IMG/VR virus record: IMGVR_UViG_3300031953_000017
Location: 1-53,788 of that record
DNA: 53,788 bases
Reading direction: 5' to 3' (one strand)
Source: a virus
Taxonomy: Duplodnaviria; Caudoviricetes
Both the position numbers and the translations under genes were made by a program. This document shows, one piece after another, positions 8,723 to 16,306 of this stretch. Position 1 is the first letter of the stretch. The number at the start of each line of letters is the position of its first letter. The notes under the pieces were generated by a model. That model saw nothing but the letters and a program-made list of their open reading frames with translations, searched no databases and was not told where the DNA came from.

Positions 8723-9028
8723 TTACGCCCCCACTTTCTCAATTTTGGTTATCTTGCCGCCGGTGATGGAAACCACAACATCTGCACCCTTGTCGCCGCC
8801 ATCGTTGATGTAATTTTCGATGTCATACCCCACAGCGCTATCACCACCAACATAAAAGCTGGCTGTGGTCAGGTGTGAGCCGTTACGGTATGCGACACCC
8901 ACAAGCCATTGCGGGTTACCGCTGGGGGTGTTGTGCTGGCGTACAGCGCCCCGAATCTTGCCGGTGATGGTTTTGCCGTTGTCGTCTTCTGTGGGGTATT
9001 CGCGAATGTCGTTCATGTTGGTTGCCAT
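8723..9028 (-). CDS. small beta-rich hypothetical protein (paralogue of 8475..8720)
   Basis: NTPSGNPQWLV and DSAVGYDIEN motifs. Confidence 0.7.
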   Translation of the reverse strand: MATNMNDIREYPTEDDNGKTITGKIRGAVRQHNTPSGNPQWLVGVAYRNGSHLTTASFYVGGDSAVGYDIENYINDGGDKGADVVVSITGGKITKIEKVGA

Positions 9029-9030
9029 GG

Positions 9031-9534
9031 TCAGTTTCCAATCTCTGTGGTGGTGAAATTCTTTGCATAGTTGCTGTAGCTCATAAACACCAATGTCCAG
9101 CCTTCCAGCAACGGCTCGCATTCGTGATGCGTGTCCGGGTGTTCATCCCCATATTCGCATTCGTAGGTTCCGGGCACGAACGCCCACAGCCCAGGCGTGG
9201 CAATCACCTTATCTAGCATCGCCTCCGACATGTGTTCGCTGTCATGCATCCACACGCTGTCGTTGTTCACCCCCGCACACTGTCCCGAAAACCCGGTCAT
9301 AGGCAACTGCCAGAATCCTTCACCGTTCGTGTTGGTGTGGGCGATCGGGTTCGCAGCTGTGGCGTGCATGTCAGGATCAACCGTTTCGGGCGCACCCACC
9401 AACCATGTCCACCCGGTGAGTACGGTTCCCCGTTCCGAGGTGACGGCAAACACGCTCCCAAACTCTTGTGTGCGGATCGCCTCATGGCGTGCCGCGCGGG
9501 TATCTTCAGCGGCGACTGTGGTGACATCTGACAT
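9031..9534 (-). CDS. hypothetical protein
   Basis: RBS GGGAG before ATG; first gene after the AT-rich region. Confidence 0.7.
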   Translation of the reverse strand: MSDVTTVAAEDTRAARHEAIRTQEFGSVFAVTSERGTVLTGWTWLVGAPETVDPDMHATAANPIAHTNTNGEGFWQLPMTGFSGQCAGVNNDSVWMHDSEHMSEAMLDKVIATPGLWAFVPGTYECEYGDEHPDTHHECEPLLEGWTLVFMSYSNYAKNFTTTEIGN

Positions 9535-9954
9535 GTGGATAACTCCCGTTTTCTTGTGGTGTGTGGCGGTAACCGGATCCGGTAGATCTCAGCTTCTAAT
9601 GTGTATATCACGATACCACAGTTTGTGGTTTTGTGTATATACAGTTTATACGTTGTTTTGATCGTGTCGTATTTGCTACAGGTTGTGCATTACGTTTTCG
9701 CATGGTTTGGTGGTGAAATGCGACATGTATATTGCGATGCAGCAGTTGAGGGTGTTTGTGTCACTGTTAAGTAGGGTTATAAACGTTGATGACTTTAACT
9801 CCTTCTTACAATGAACACACTACAAACTGTATTACTGTATATACGTTGTCTATGTATATTCACATATACGTTTGTGACAGAGAGATTTGAAGACGTGTCC
9901 TCAAATTCGCGTTGTATAGGTTTACAACACTTCACGGGGGTTGCCTGTGGATAA
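9534..9954. other. AT-rich non-coding region; candidate replication origin and early promoter region
   Basis: No credible ORF; visibly AT-rich; TGTGGATAA (DnaA box) at 9534-9542 and 9946-9954; TATACGTT at 9647, 9840, 9865. Confidence 0.5.
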
Positions 9955-10071
9955 CTATGGGCAGCCGGCCGATTATGGCGCGATCGGTCTAAGCCCAGGC
10001 GGGGCGCTGTGAGCTCAATTTTCGGGGAGCTAATCCAGGCTGGAGACCCTGAGATCTCCAGTCCGGGCGGA

Positions 10072-10371
10072 CTACCCTAAGCCGGGGATATTGTCTGTGA
10101 GTGCGAGACCTACGATGCCTAGCGCAGATGACGCTATGAGCGCTAGTGACCATAGGAGCTTATGGAGTCGAGCGCGGCCAGCTTTCCGAATGATGGCGAT
10201 ACGTTGCGCGCGGCCTGTGGCGGACTCCATGGCGACATAGCTAGCGGGTGGCATGTACGGGAGCGCGGCCACGTTAGCGCGTGCCTGACTGTCTGCCCGT
10301 TCGTGGCGTGTGATGTCCGCATAGTCGTTGTCGGCGATTAGCGGGGCGTGTGTGGAGTGTCGGCCGCTCAC
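10072..10371 (-). CDS. hypothetical membrane protein
   Basis: GTG start overlapping upstream stop; C-terminal hydrophobic helix LLWSLALIASSALGIVGLAL. Confidence 0.6.
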   Translation of the reverse strand: MSGRHSTHAPLIADNDYADITRHERADSQARANVAALPYMPPASYVAMESATGRAQRIAIIRKAGRARLHKLLWSLALIASSALGIVGLALTDNIPGLG

Positions 10372-10811
10372 AGTGTCACCTTCAGCCAGTTGTTTACGAC
10401 ATCCTGAACAATGTTTGCCGCGTCGGTATTGCTCCAGTCGATGCCGCTGGAGTCGTCGCACAGTCCGCCGTACATGTTGGCATCAACGTAATCGTGTAGT
10501 TCCGAGAATGACGCACAGCTGCGCGGAACGATGCCCCCGCTTATGTCTGCGCATATCTGGGAGACACTGAGCGCTATGGCGTGGCGAATATCCCGCTCTG
10601 TGGGCGCGCGGCCTAAGCCGAGATCCTCCAGTGTGGGCACGCGCTCGCCGCAACATGTACGGGCGTAGGCGTACGGGGTGACATCACCGTTGTTTTCGAC
10701 TACGCGCCACTGAACCGCGCGCATGCCATGACCGTGGCGTTGTGAGTGTCCGACAGCTAGTGAGCGGTTGAACGGGGTGTCGGCGGGGGTAATTGTCTCG
10801 ACAGTAGGCAT
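10368..10811 (-). CDS. hypothetical protein
   Basis: 147-aa ORF, TAATG overlap; SFSELHDYVDAN motif. Confidence 0.7.
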   Translation of the reverse strand: MPTVETITPADTPFNRSLAVGHSQRHGHGMRAVQWRVVENNGDVTPYAYARTCCGERVPTLEDLGLGRAPTERDIRHAIALSVSQICADISGGIVPRSCASFSELHDYVDANMYGGLCDDSSGIDWSNTDAANIVQDVVNNWLKVTL

Positions 10812-11455
10812 TATTCGCTCCAGCTCCCCACGATGACAGAATCGTAATCAGGTTCGCCGCTCCAGTCGTGACCCCAGCGAATTAGGACACCTGAGAAATA
10901 GGTGTCAGGCTGTGCGCCATCCCACTGGAGGAGCGGTGAGCCACTGTCTACGGGGTGCACGTCGCCATAGGTTGATTCACAGCGCGGGGTAATCCGCGTG
11001 AACTCTTGAGCGTCATAAGTCCATGCGCGGTAACGGAAAAACCGGGGCGTGTGCGATTCGTAGGTGTCGGCGCGCATGTAGTCGAATTGTTCACGCTCTA
11101 ACTCTGTGAGATCCGCAAACGCGATTAGTTCGCGTTGGTGACCGTTAGTCGTGATGGTTAGCGCGGGGCGCACAGTCTCCCATGTCATGAAATCGAACCG
11201 CTTACCGGCCAGAGTTGCCCCGCATGATTCGCACGGGGTAGCAGAAAACTCTGTCATGCCGTACTCAGTGTCGTCGTCGTCAACGCCGAAGTTGGGCGAT
11301 GGCTGGAGCTGTGGAGTGTTGTCTGCCCAGTTCGCGCCGCTGAACGGTGCCCAGTTGGGTAATTCTTCCGTGGGGCGCTCCCCATTGACTGAGAGGAACA
11401 TGCAATCCTCGCAGACATCGACATTGCCGGATTCGCGAATAGTTGGGTTAGACAT
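10811..11455 (-). CDS. hypothetical protein with CxxC pairs
   Basis: RBS GGAG before ATG 11455; CEDC and CESC motifs. Confidence 0.7.
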   Translation of the reverse strand: MSNPTIRESGNVDVCEDCMFLSVNGERPTEELPNWAPFSGANWADNTPQLQPSPNFGVDDDDTEYGMTEFSATPCESCGATLAGKRFDFMTWETVRPALTITTNGHQRELIAFADLTELEREQFDYMRADTYESHTPRFFRYRAWTYDAQEFTRITPRCESTYGDVHPVDSGSPLLQWDGAQPDTYFSGVLIRWGHDWSGEPDYDSVIVGSWSE

Positions 11456-11540
11456 TTTGTACTCCAGTGTTGTTAGTGGTGGGGCAGATAGTTGCCATAA
11501 GCGCAACGGGGGTTTAGTACCGTTACGCCTAGTCAGCTAG

Positions 11541-11993
11541 CTATTCCGAGATGTCAGCAAGGATGGACAGAAACGCGTCACGGTGCTCGTCAAACGATGC
11601 GCCCTCGCTGGTCAGTTTGTCGTATTCGCGCATCAGCTGATCAGCGTCTTGATCCTCACGCATGGCGAACACTCGGCGCGCGGCCTCACGGGGTGTCGCT
11701 CGGCATGTCTCCAGTTCGTAGGCATCAACGCCCCCGCTGTACTCCTCACTCACGTACGGCTCAACATGGTAGGCGCGGCCATCCAATGTGCGTGATGTCT
11801 CCACTAGGCGGGACTCAGCTATGCCCGTAGCCTTCGCTATCGCATCAGTGTGCTGGTCACGCGCCCCATGATCGAACGGCATGCGCTTGCTGCGCCCATT
11901 GCAGGTAACGAGTACGCGCGTACCCCCGTTAGGGTGCGTTACCAGTCGAGCGCGTACCTGAGTAGCGCCTTCGCAGTTGTCATGTGTCAGCAT
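11541..11993 (-). CDS. hypothetical protein
   Basis: 150-aa ORF, TAATG overlap. Confidence 0.65.
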   Translation of the reverse strand: MLTHDNCEGATQVRARLVTHPNGGTRVLVTCNGRSKRMPFDHGARDQHTDAIAKATGIAESRLVETSRTLDGRAYHVEPYVSEEYSGGVDAYELETCRATPREAARRVFAMREDQDADQLMREYDKLTSEGASFDEHRDAFLSILADISE

Positions 11994-12154
11994 TAGTTTG
12001 CGCTCATCTCTTCTGAGAGTTGTTCCGCATTGAACGGGCGGGGGGCGTATGCGCCACCCTTGAGGGCGCGAGCTTCACGCCGTGCGAGCGTGTCGCGTTT
12101 GGCTTGTGCCGTGCGCGTGTTGTCTGTGGTGCGTGTCATGCGAGCGTTAGACAT
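11993..12154 (-). CDS. small basic protein (53 aa)
   Basis: MSNARMTRTTDNTRTAQAKRDTLARREARALKGG...; purine-rich leader; coupled to the next gene. Confidence 0.6.
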   Translation of the reverse strand: MSNARMTRTTDNTRTAQAKRDTLARREARALKGGAYAPRPFNAEQLSEEMSAN

Positions 12155-12180
12155 GGTGACTCTCTTCTGTGGTGGGTGGC

Positions 12181-12405
12181 TTAGAAATTGCAGGGGAACA
12201 TTGTGCCCGTGCGCGTATCGACAACGACACTCAGGATGGGGGAGGACACACGCACGCCGTCATGACGCACGGTGCCGCGCGCGACTAGGTCGCCATAGGC
12301 TGTGCGCTCCCATGAGGTGGCGACGGTCACGCGACGGGCGACACGCGCGCGGGGGGCGCGCGCGGACACGCGGGGGGCAAGGTGGGCAGTAGCTGAATTG
12401 GTCAT
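12181..12405 (-). CDS. small basic hypothetical protein, apparently leaderless
   Basis: -10-like TAGACT (12417-12412) lies 6 nt before the ATG. Confidence 0.55.
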   Translation of the reverse strand: MTNSATAHLAPRVSARAPRARVARRVTVATSWERTAYGDLVARGTVRHDGVRVSSPILSVVVDTRTGTMFPCNF

Positions 12406-12785
12406 GACATCAGTCTACACATATTCGTACTCAATGGGGGATAATCTCTAACATTAATTACCCCCACTTTGGGGGACACGCATCAGGCAATGGATAGGGC
12501 GCATGGGGGGGCAGGCTCGCGAGCGCGCTAGGTGAGGATCACTCATGCCTGGGCTGCCGGCTGAAAGAATCGACATTATCTCAGCATTTCCGGCCGGCCT
12601 CCCTATCTAGTACCCACAGATAATTTCCACACCAAAATGAATACCTCGCCAATCCCCTCCCCTTTCCAAAAAATTTTCCACAAAAATGAAGAGAACCTCG
12701 ACGAACCCGATACACTGTCAGGGATTCGGACGCGGAGCACTCCCGGTTCGCAGATCTCCACCATTCATTTATTCCAAGGAGAATC
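12406..12785. promoter_or_regulatory. divergent control region between the arms; candidate packaging/terminus region
   Basis: Transcription diverges here; G/C runs, inverted repeat TGGGGG...CCCCCA, A/T tracts, TACACT -10-like box at 12711-12716. Confidence 0.45.
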
Positions 12786-13034
12786 ATGCAAGTCAAAGCG
12801 AAGTTCTACGTCAACAAGATCACCAAGAGCGCCAACTTCGGGCACACGTCCGTCGAGTTGCTACCAGTCACCCGAAAGACCGACGACAACACGGACTGGG
12901 CGCAGTTCACCCCGAGCGGCAAGTTGGACATGAACGTATCCACCAGCACGGGCGCTGCCCAGTGGTTTGAGGACATGCTCGGCAAGGATGTTTCGATCAC
13001 TTTCGAGGAAGCGGTTGACGACGGCGACGAGTAG
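12786..13034 (+). CDS. hypothetical protein
   Basis: RBS AAGGAG; 82 aa with WAQFTPSGKLDM motif. Confidence 0.75.
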   Translation: MQVKAKFYVNKITKSANFGHTSVELLPVTRKTDDNTDWAQFTPSGKLDMNVSTSTGAAQWFEDMLGKDVSITFEEAVDDGDE

Positions 13035-13117
13035 CCCTATGCTCGAATGATTCAGAGATCCCACCAACGAATATCAGACTTCAAAAACCTGTAGCCGTTG
13101 AATCTCTAAACTGGCCG

Positions 13118-13258
13118 ATGGGGTGGGAGCTAAGCCAGAGCCGCCGTCATTGCCCCGATCCCGTGGGTGTATTGAAATGCCGGAGCAGCAAATAACGAAA
13201 ACGGATCGCGAAAGACCTCAGCAATAGCCCGTGAAATTCGGAAGCCTGGGGTCTTTCG
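13118..13258 (+). ncRNA. candidate structured small RNA 1 (or leaderless 25-codon mRNA)
   Basis: TAAACT -10-like box at 13107-13112; stem CGATCC/GGATCG; 13-bp terminal stem 13209-13221/13246-13258. Confidence 0.4.
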
Positions 13259-13261
13259 TCA

Positions 13262-13290
13262 TTGACAGGACGACCCCCTGGCCGTAGAGT
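13262..13290 (+). promoter_or_regulatory. near-consensus sigma-A/sigma-70 promoter
   Basis: TTGACA-17 nt-TAGAGT. Confidence 0.8.
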
Positions 13291-13296
13291 CATTTC

Positions 13297-13504
13297 AGCG
13301 CCTCGGCAGGGTTTTGGCTTTCACCCCACGCCCGCTGCGAGATCTCGGAGTCGCCGAGGAATGAGATCTCGCACCGCCCCATCCCACATCTTCTCGAAGG
13401 TCATGTAACGGGCGGACAACTAAATATCGCGAACACAACGCAAACACACGGTCTCCCCCGTACTCGAGTAACCGCAAGGTGAAAGGTGCGGGGGTTTCTG
13501 TTTT
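13297..13504 (+). ncRNA. candidate structured small RNA 2 (about 205 nt)
   Basis: Own promoter; 11-bp perfect hairpin 13336-13346/13363-13373; terminal stem 13455-13463/13486-13494 followed by TTTCTGTTTT; no long ORF. Confidence 0.6.
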
Positions 13505-13511
13505 CCGATAT

Positions 13512-13557
13512 ATGCCCGAATTGGTATTTGACGCGAGGGCTGCGCCCTGTAGATAAT
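13512..13557 (+). promoter_or_regulatory. palindromic operator plus promoter for leaderless gene 13563
   Basis: ATGCC-N6-GGTAT then TTGACG-18 nt-GATAAT, ATG 5 nt downstream. Confidence 0.6.
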
Positions 13558-13562
13558 CAGGC

Positions 13563-13799
13563 ATGGACAAAAACACCACAGAAGAAGAAGAAGATACCAT
13601 CCCCGAGATCACCGAGCCGAAACCACTGAGCCGTGGCTATGTCATGGATTTGATTCAGTTGGACGAACGTTCGGCAACGTTCCAGTGGGCATCAGTCAAC
13701 ATGGGCTATACCGCAACGCTGGCGAAGCTGTCGTTGGACGAATGGAAAGAGCTCGGCAGGCCGTCATCGCTGAACGTGACGATGGAGGCCCGGTCGTGA
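13563..13799 (+). CDS. hypothetical protein
   Basis: 78-aa ORF after promoter. Confidence 0.7.
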   Translation: MDKNTTEEEEDTIPEITEPKPLSRGYVMDLIQLDERSATFQWASVNMGYTATLAKLSLDEWKELGRPSSLNVTMEARS

Positions 13800-14107
13800 G
13801 CGGCCAGCGCCGGCTACTGGTTGGCGGCAGCCGTGATGGCGACTACATGCTGATCGAACGCAACGTTGACCGCATTGAGCTGCCAGTACGGGGCCAGGGT
13901 GGCGTGCCCGGTTTTTGCGATAATGCCGCCATAAAGACCCAGACCTATATTCGGCGCCGGCTGATGCTTGGCGCGCGCGACCAGGAGGAAGGCGTGAAGT
14001 TGGTGCTGGAAGTGTTTATGCGCCCCGACCTACCCCACGACGACATGAGCATGCTGCGCGCTGTGCTGCGCCCCAACACTATTAGCGAGATTGTGAGTAA
14101 ACGATGA
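13796..14107 (+). CDS. hypothetical protein
   Basis: GGAGG RBS, GTGA overlap. Confidence 0.65.
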   Translation: MSGQRRLLVGGSRDGDYMLIERNVDRIELPVRGQGGVPGFCDNAAIKTQTYIRRRLMLGARDQEEGVKLVLEVFMRPDLPHDDMSMLRAVLRPNTISEIVSKR

Positions 14108-14220
14108 GCGGCCACGAAGATGACAGCAACAGCCGGGAAGCACACGAGGCGTCCGGTCATCGCATGGTTGCTGATGATGGGGGAATGTTTGAATGCTCCT
14201 GCGGCAAGTGGGTTATCTGA
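14104..14220 (+). CDS. 38-aa protein with H...CSCG motif
   Basis: MSGHEDDSNSREAHEASGHRMVADDGGMFECSCGKWVI; ATGA overlap. Confidence 0.5.
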   Translation: MSGHEDDSNSREAHEASGHRMVADDGGMFECSCGKWVI

Positions 14221-14249
14221 TGCCGGATACAGAGACTGGAGAAAAAGCA

Positions 14250-14873
14250 ATGAACGAGCCGAAGAAGTACACGATCGAAGACGACCAAGCTCGGGCGCCG
14301 CAGCAGGGAACCCCAACGGCCAACGAAACCATCTTTGCCCTGCCTGACAACATGCAGCCTCGTCGACCCTATTCGGGCATTGCTGACTTCGCCTCCATGT
14401 CGGTCAGCCCGCCTGGTGGAGTGGTTGTGCGATCGGCGCGGAAAGCCGGCAAGACGACCATCGCCCGCAAAGCCAACGGCAAAGTGCTGCGAGCTCAAGT
14501 TTTGGCAGGATGCCCTTCACCGGCTGGCGTGCCTAAAATGCCGCTCGGTCATGCGCCCACAATGCCGAAGCCGCTGCTTGCGCCGAAGCCGAGCGCTGCC
14601 TCGGAGGTTGAGGTGATTTTCGAGTGGGCTCATGAGGTGGGCATCATCGACGAGATGGATGACTGGCAGAAGTTTTTATTCGAGAACCAGTTGGAAGCGT
14701 CCGGCTACGTTCGCTCGCGAAATACTCAGGCGGAAAGGATCCTGCGAGAGGTTGACGCCGAGCACGAGCGGCGCAGCAAGCCGTTCCTGTGCCGGCTGAA
14801 CATCCACACGAGCGTCTGCAACAAGTACTCGCTGAGCGCGTTCTGCAACAAGTGTGGAAAGGTGAACCCGTGA
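14250..14873 (+). CDS. hypothetical protein with C-terminal Cys/His motif
   Basis: GGAG RBS; C..H..C..CNKCG tail. Confidence 0.65.
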   Translation: MNEPKKYTIEDDQARAPQQGTPTANETIFALPDNMQPRRPYSGIADFASMSVSPPGGVVVRSARKAGKTTIARKANGKVLRAQVLAGCPSPAGVPKMPLGHAPTMPKPLLAPKPSAASEVEVIFEWAHEVGIIDEMDDWQKFLFENQLEASGYVRSRNTQAERILREVDAEHERRSKPFLCRLNIHTSVCNKYSLSAFCNKCGKVNP

Positions 14874-15001
14874 GTGACAAGCTGGAAGCCCCGCCAGTGC
14901 CGGAAGGGCTGTGCGGGATTGGTGGCTGCGTGTTCATTCTTGGGCACGCCAACCGCAAACACTCGTGGGAAGCAATCATCACCGTCACCGAGTTTCGCTA
15001 A
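14870..15001 (+). CDS. 43-aa Cys/His protein
   Basis: GTGA overlap; CGIGGCVFILGHANRKH. Confidence 0.5.
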   Translation: MSDKLEAPPVPEGLCGIGGCVFILGHANRKHSWEAIITVTEFR

Positions 15002-15010
15002 CCCCGACAT

Positions 15011-15055
15011 ATGCCGCAAAAGGCATTAGTAATCCCCGCGGCAACCTGCCACAAT
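15011..15055 (+). promoter_or_regulatory. palindromic operator and candidate promoter
   Basis: ATGCC-N6-GGCAT at 15011-15026; CACAAT -10-like box at 15050-15055. Confidence 0.5.
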
Positions 15056-15096
15056 CATCATGCGCCAACAACGGCGCCCCACCTGAAGGAGTAATC

Positions 15097-15795
15097 ATGA
15101 GCGATACCACCACAACCGAAACGAAGAAGGCTCCCACCAAGCGCGATGCGAAGGCGTTGTTTGACAGTTTTCGCATCGAAGCCAAGCCTGAGCTCAGCGA
15201 GGCCGAAGCAGAGCGCCAGCGCCGGATTGAAGAGATTGGCGAGCTGATCGCGATACTCGCGGAGTCGTTCGAGAAGTTCGGCGCGGCTGCGAGCGCCCCC
15301 GAACTGGTGAACGCGCTGAAGAGCCTGCAGCAGTTCAGTAAGAAGGCCGTATCCGCTATCGCCAACCAGAGCGATGCCGCAATCCTGGCCGACCCCAACG
15401 AAGCGCCAGCGCCGGTCACCCGCAAGCCTCGCGCCAAGAAGGCTCAAGAGCCAGCGCTCGAGGTGGGCACCGAGCTTGAGGCTGTGCTGACCGCTGACGC
15501 TCCAGAGGCTGAGCCTGAGGCTGCGCCCGCGATCGACGAGCCAGAAGGTGACAGCGACGAAGTTGAGCCGATGACCGAAGGGGATGTCCTCGACGATGTT
15601 CCCGCGGCATTAGAGGTCGACCCGAAGGCGAGCAAGCCGGAAGAGAGCTTTGAGGAATACGCTGCACGCATGCAAGCACAGCGCGAAGCCAAGCCTGAAG
15701 AGGAAACCCCCGCGCCGGCCGTAGCCACACGGCAGGTTCGTAGCGGCCCTGGCACTCGCGTTGCTGCCAAGGTTGAAGACAACGAGGGTTTCTGA
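15097..15795 (+). CDS. acidic, largely low-complexity hypothetical protein ending EDNEGF
   Basis: RBS GAAGGAG before ATG 15097; E/A/P-rich C-terminal half. Confidence 0.75.
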   Translation: MSDTTTTETKKAPTKRDAKALFDSFRIEAKPELSEAEAERQRRIEEIGELIAILAESFEKFGAAASAPELVNALKSLQQFSKKAVSAIANQSDAAILADPNEAPAPVTRKPRAKKAQEPALEVGTELEAVLTADAPEAEPEAAPAIDEPEGDSDEVEPMTEGDVLDDVPAALEVDPKASKPEESFEEYAARMQAQREAKPEEETPAPAVATRQVRSGPGTRVAAKVEDNEGF

Positions 15796-16133
15796 TGCCC
15801 AGCAGCGAGGCCGTCGATATGGGCCGGTTCTTCCGGGTGGTGAACGTCAGTACCGACCTGATCAGCGGCATGTTTCAGGTAATGAAGGCCCCAGAAAGTG
15901 TGGGCCACGAGGCGTATGTCAGCTCCATCGACATGGCGATCTATAGCGACGCCAGCAAGCGCTCCGGCCTGGTTTATTACAGCAACGACCTTCTCGGCAA
16001 GATCGAAGATGGCGAAGTCGAGATTCAGGAACACGCAACCCCGCGGGCGAAGATCCAAGAAGTCCTCGACAACGCCGAGGTGATCAAAGAGGCGATGCTG
16101 TTGGCGTTCAACGCAGCCCGGTTCGAAGAATGA
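15795..16133 (+). CDS. hypothetical protein
   Basis: TGATG overlap; 112 aa. Confidence 0.7.
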   Translation: MPSSEAVDMGRFFRVVNVSTDLISGMFQVMKAPESVGHEAYVSSIDMAIYSDASKRSGLVYYSNDLLGKIEDGEVEIQEHATPRAKIQEVLDNAEVIKEAMLLAFNAARFEE

Positions 16134-16306
16134 TCGCCCAAGCTCTAATGCTGGTCGCTTTTCTCGCCCTTTCGGCGTGCCTTCTCTCGTGGGGGTTTTT
16201 GGGTGCTGGGCGAAAGTGGGCGTGGCTGCCTTGGGCGGTATCGTTCCTGCCGCTAGTGGCCGTGGCGTTCGCCGTGGCCTCCGTAGCGATTGACGAGTTT
16301 TCATGA
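16130..16306 (+). CDS. 58-aa two-helix membrane protein
   Basis: MIAQALMLVAFLALSACLLSWGFLGAGRKWAWLPWAVSFLPLVAVAFAVASVAIDEFS; ATGA overlaps at both ends. Confidence 0.65.
   Translation: MIAQALMLVAFLALSACLLSWGFLGAGRKWAWLPWAVSFLPLVAVAFAVASVAIDEFS

Noticed and set aside
12721-12763. tmRNA-like 3' end (GACGCGG...CTCCACCA), together with a tag-like frame ANTTQTH... near 13429
   Set aside because: No proper T arm or matching acceptor 5' strand with G3-U70; the pieces are separated by a protein gene; the putative tag does not end in the usual ALAA/LAA.
14430-14470. P-loop-like ARKAGKTT in the 14250 ORF
   Set aside because: No Walker B or surrounding ATPase fold is evident; it may be a fragment or chance.
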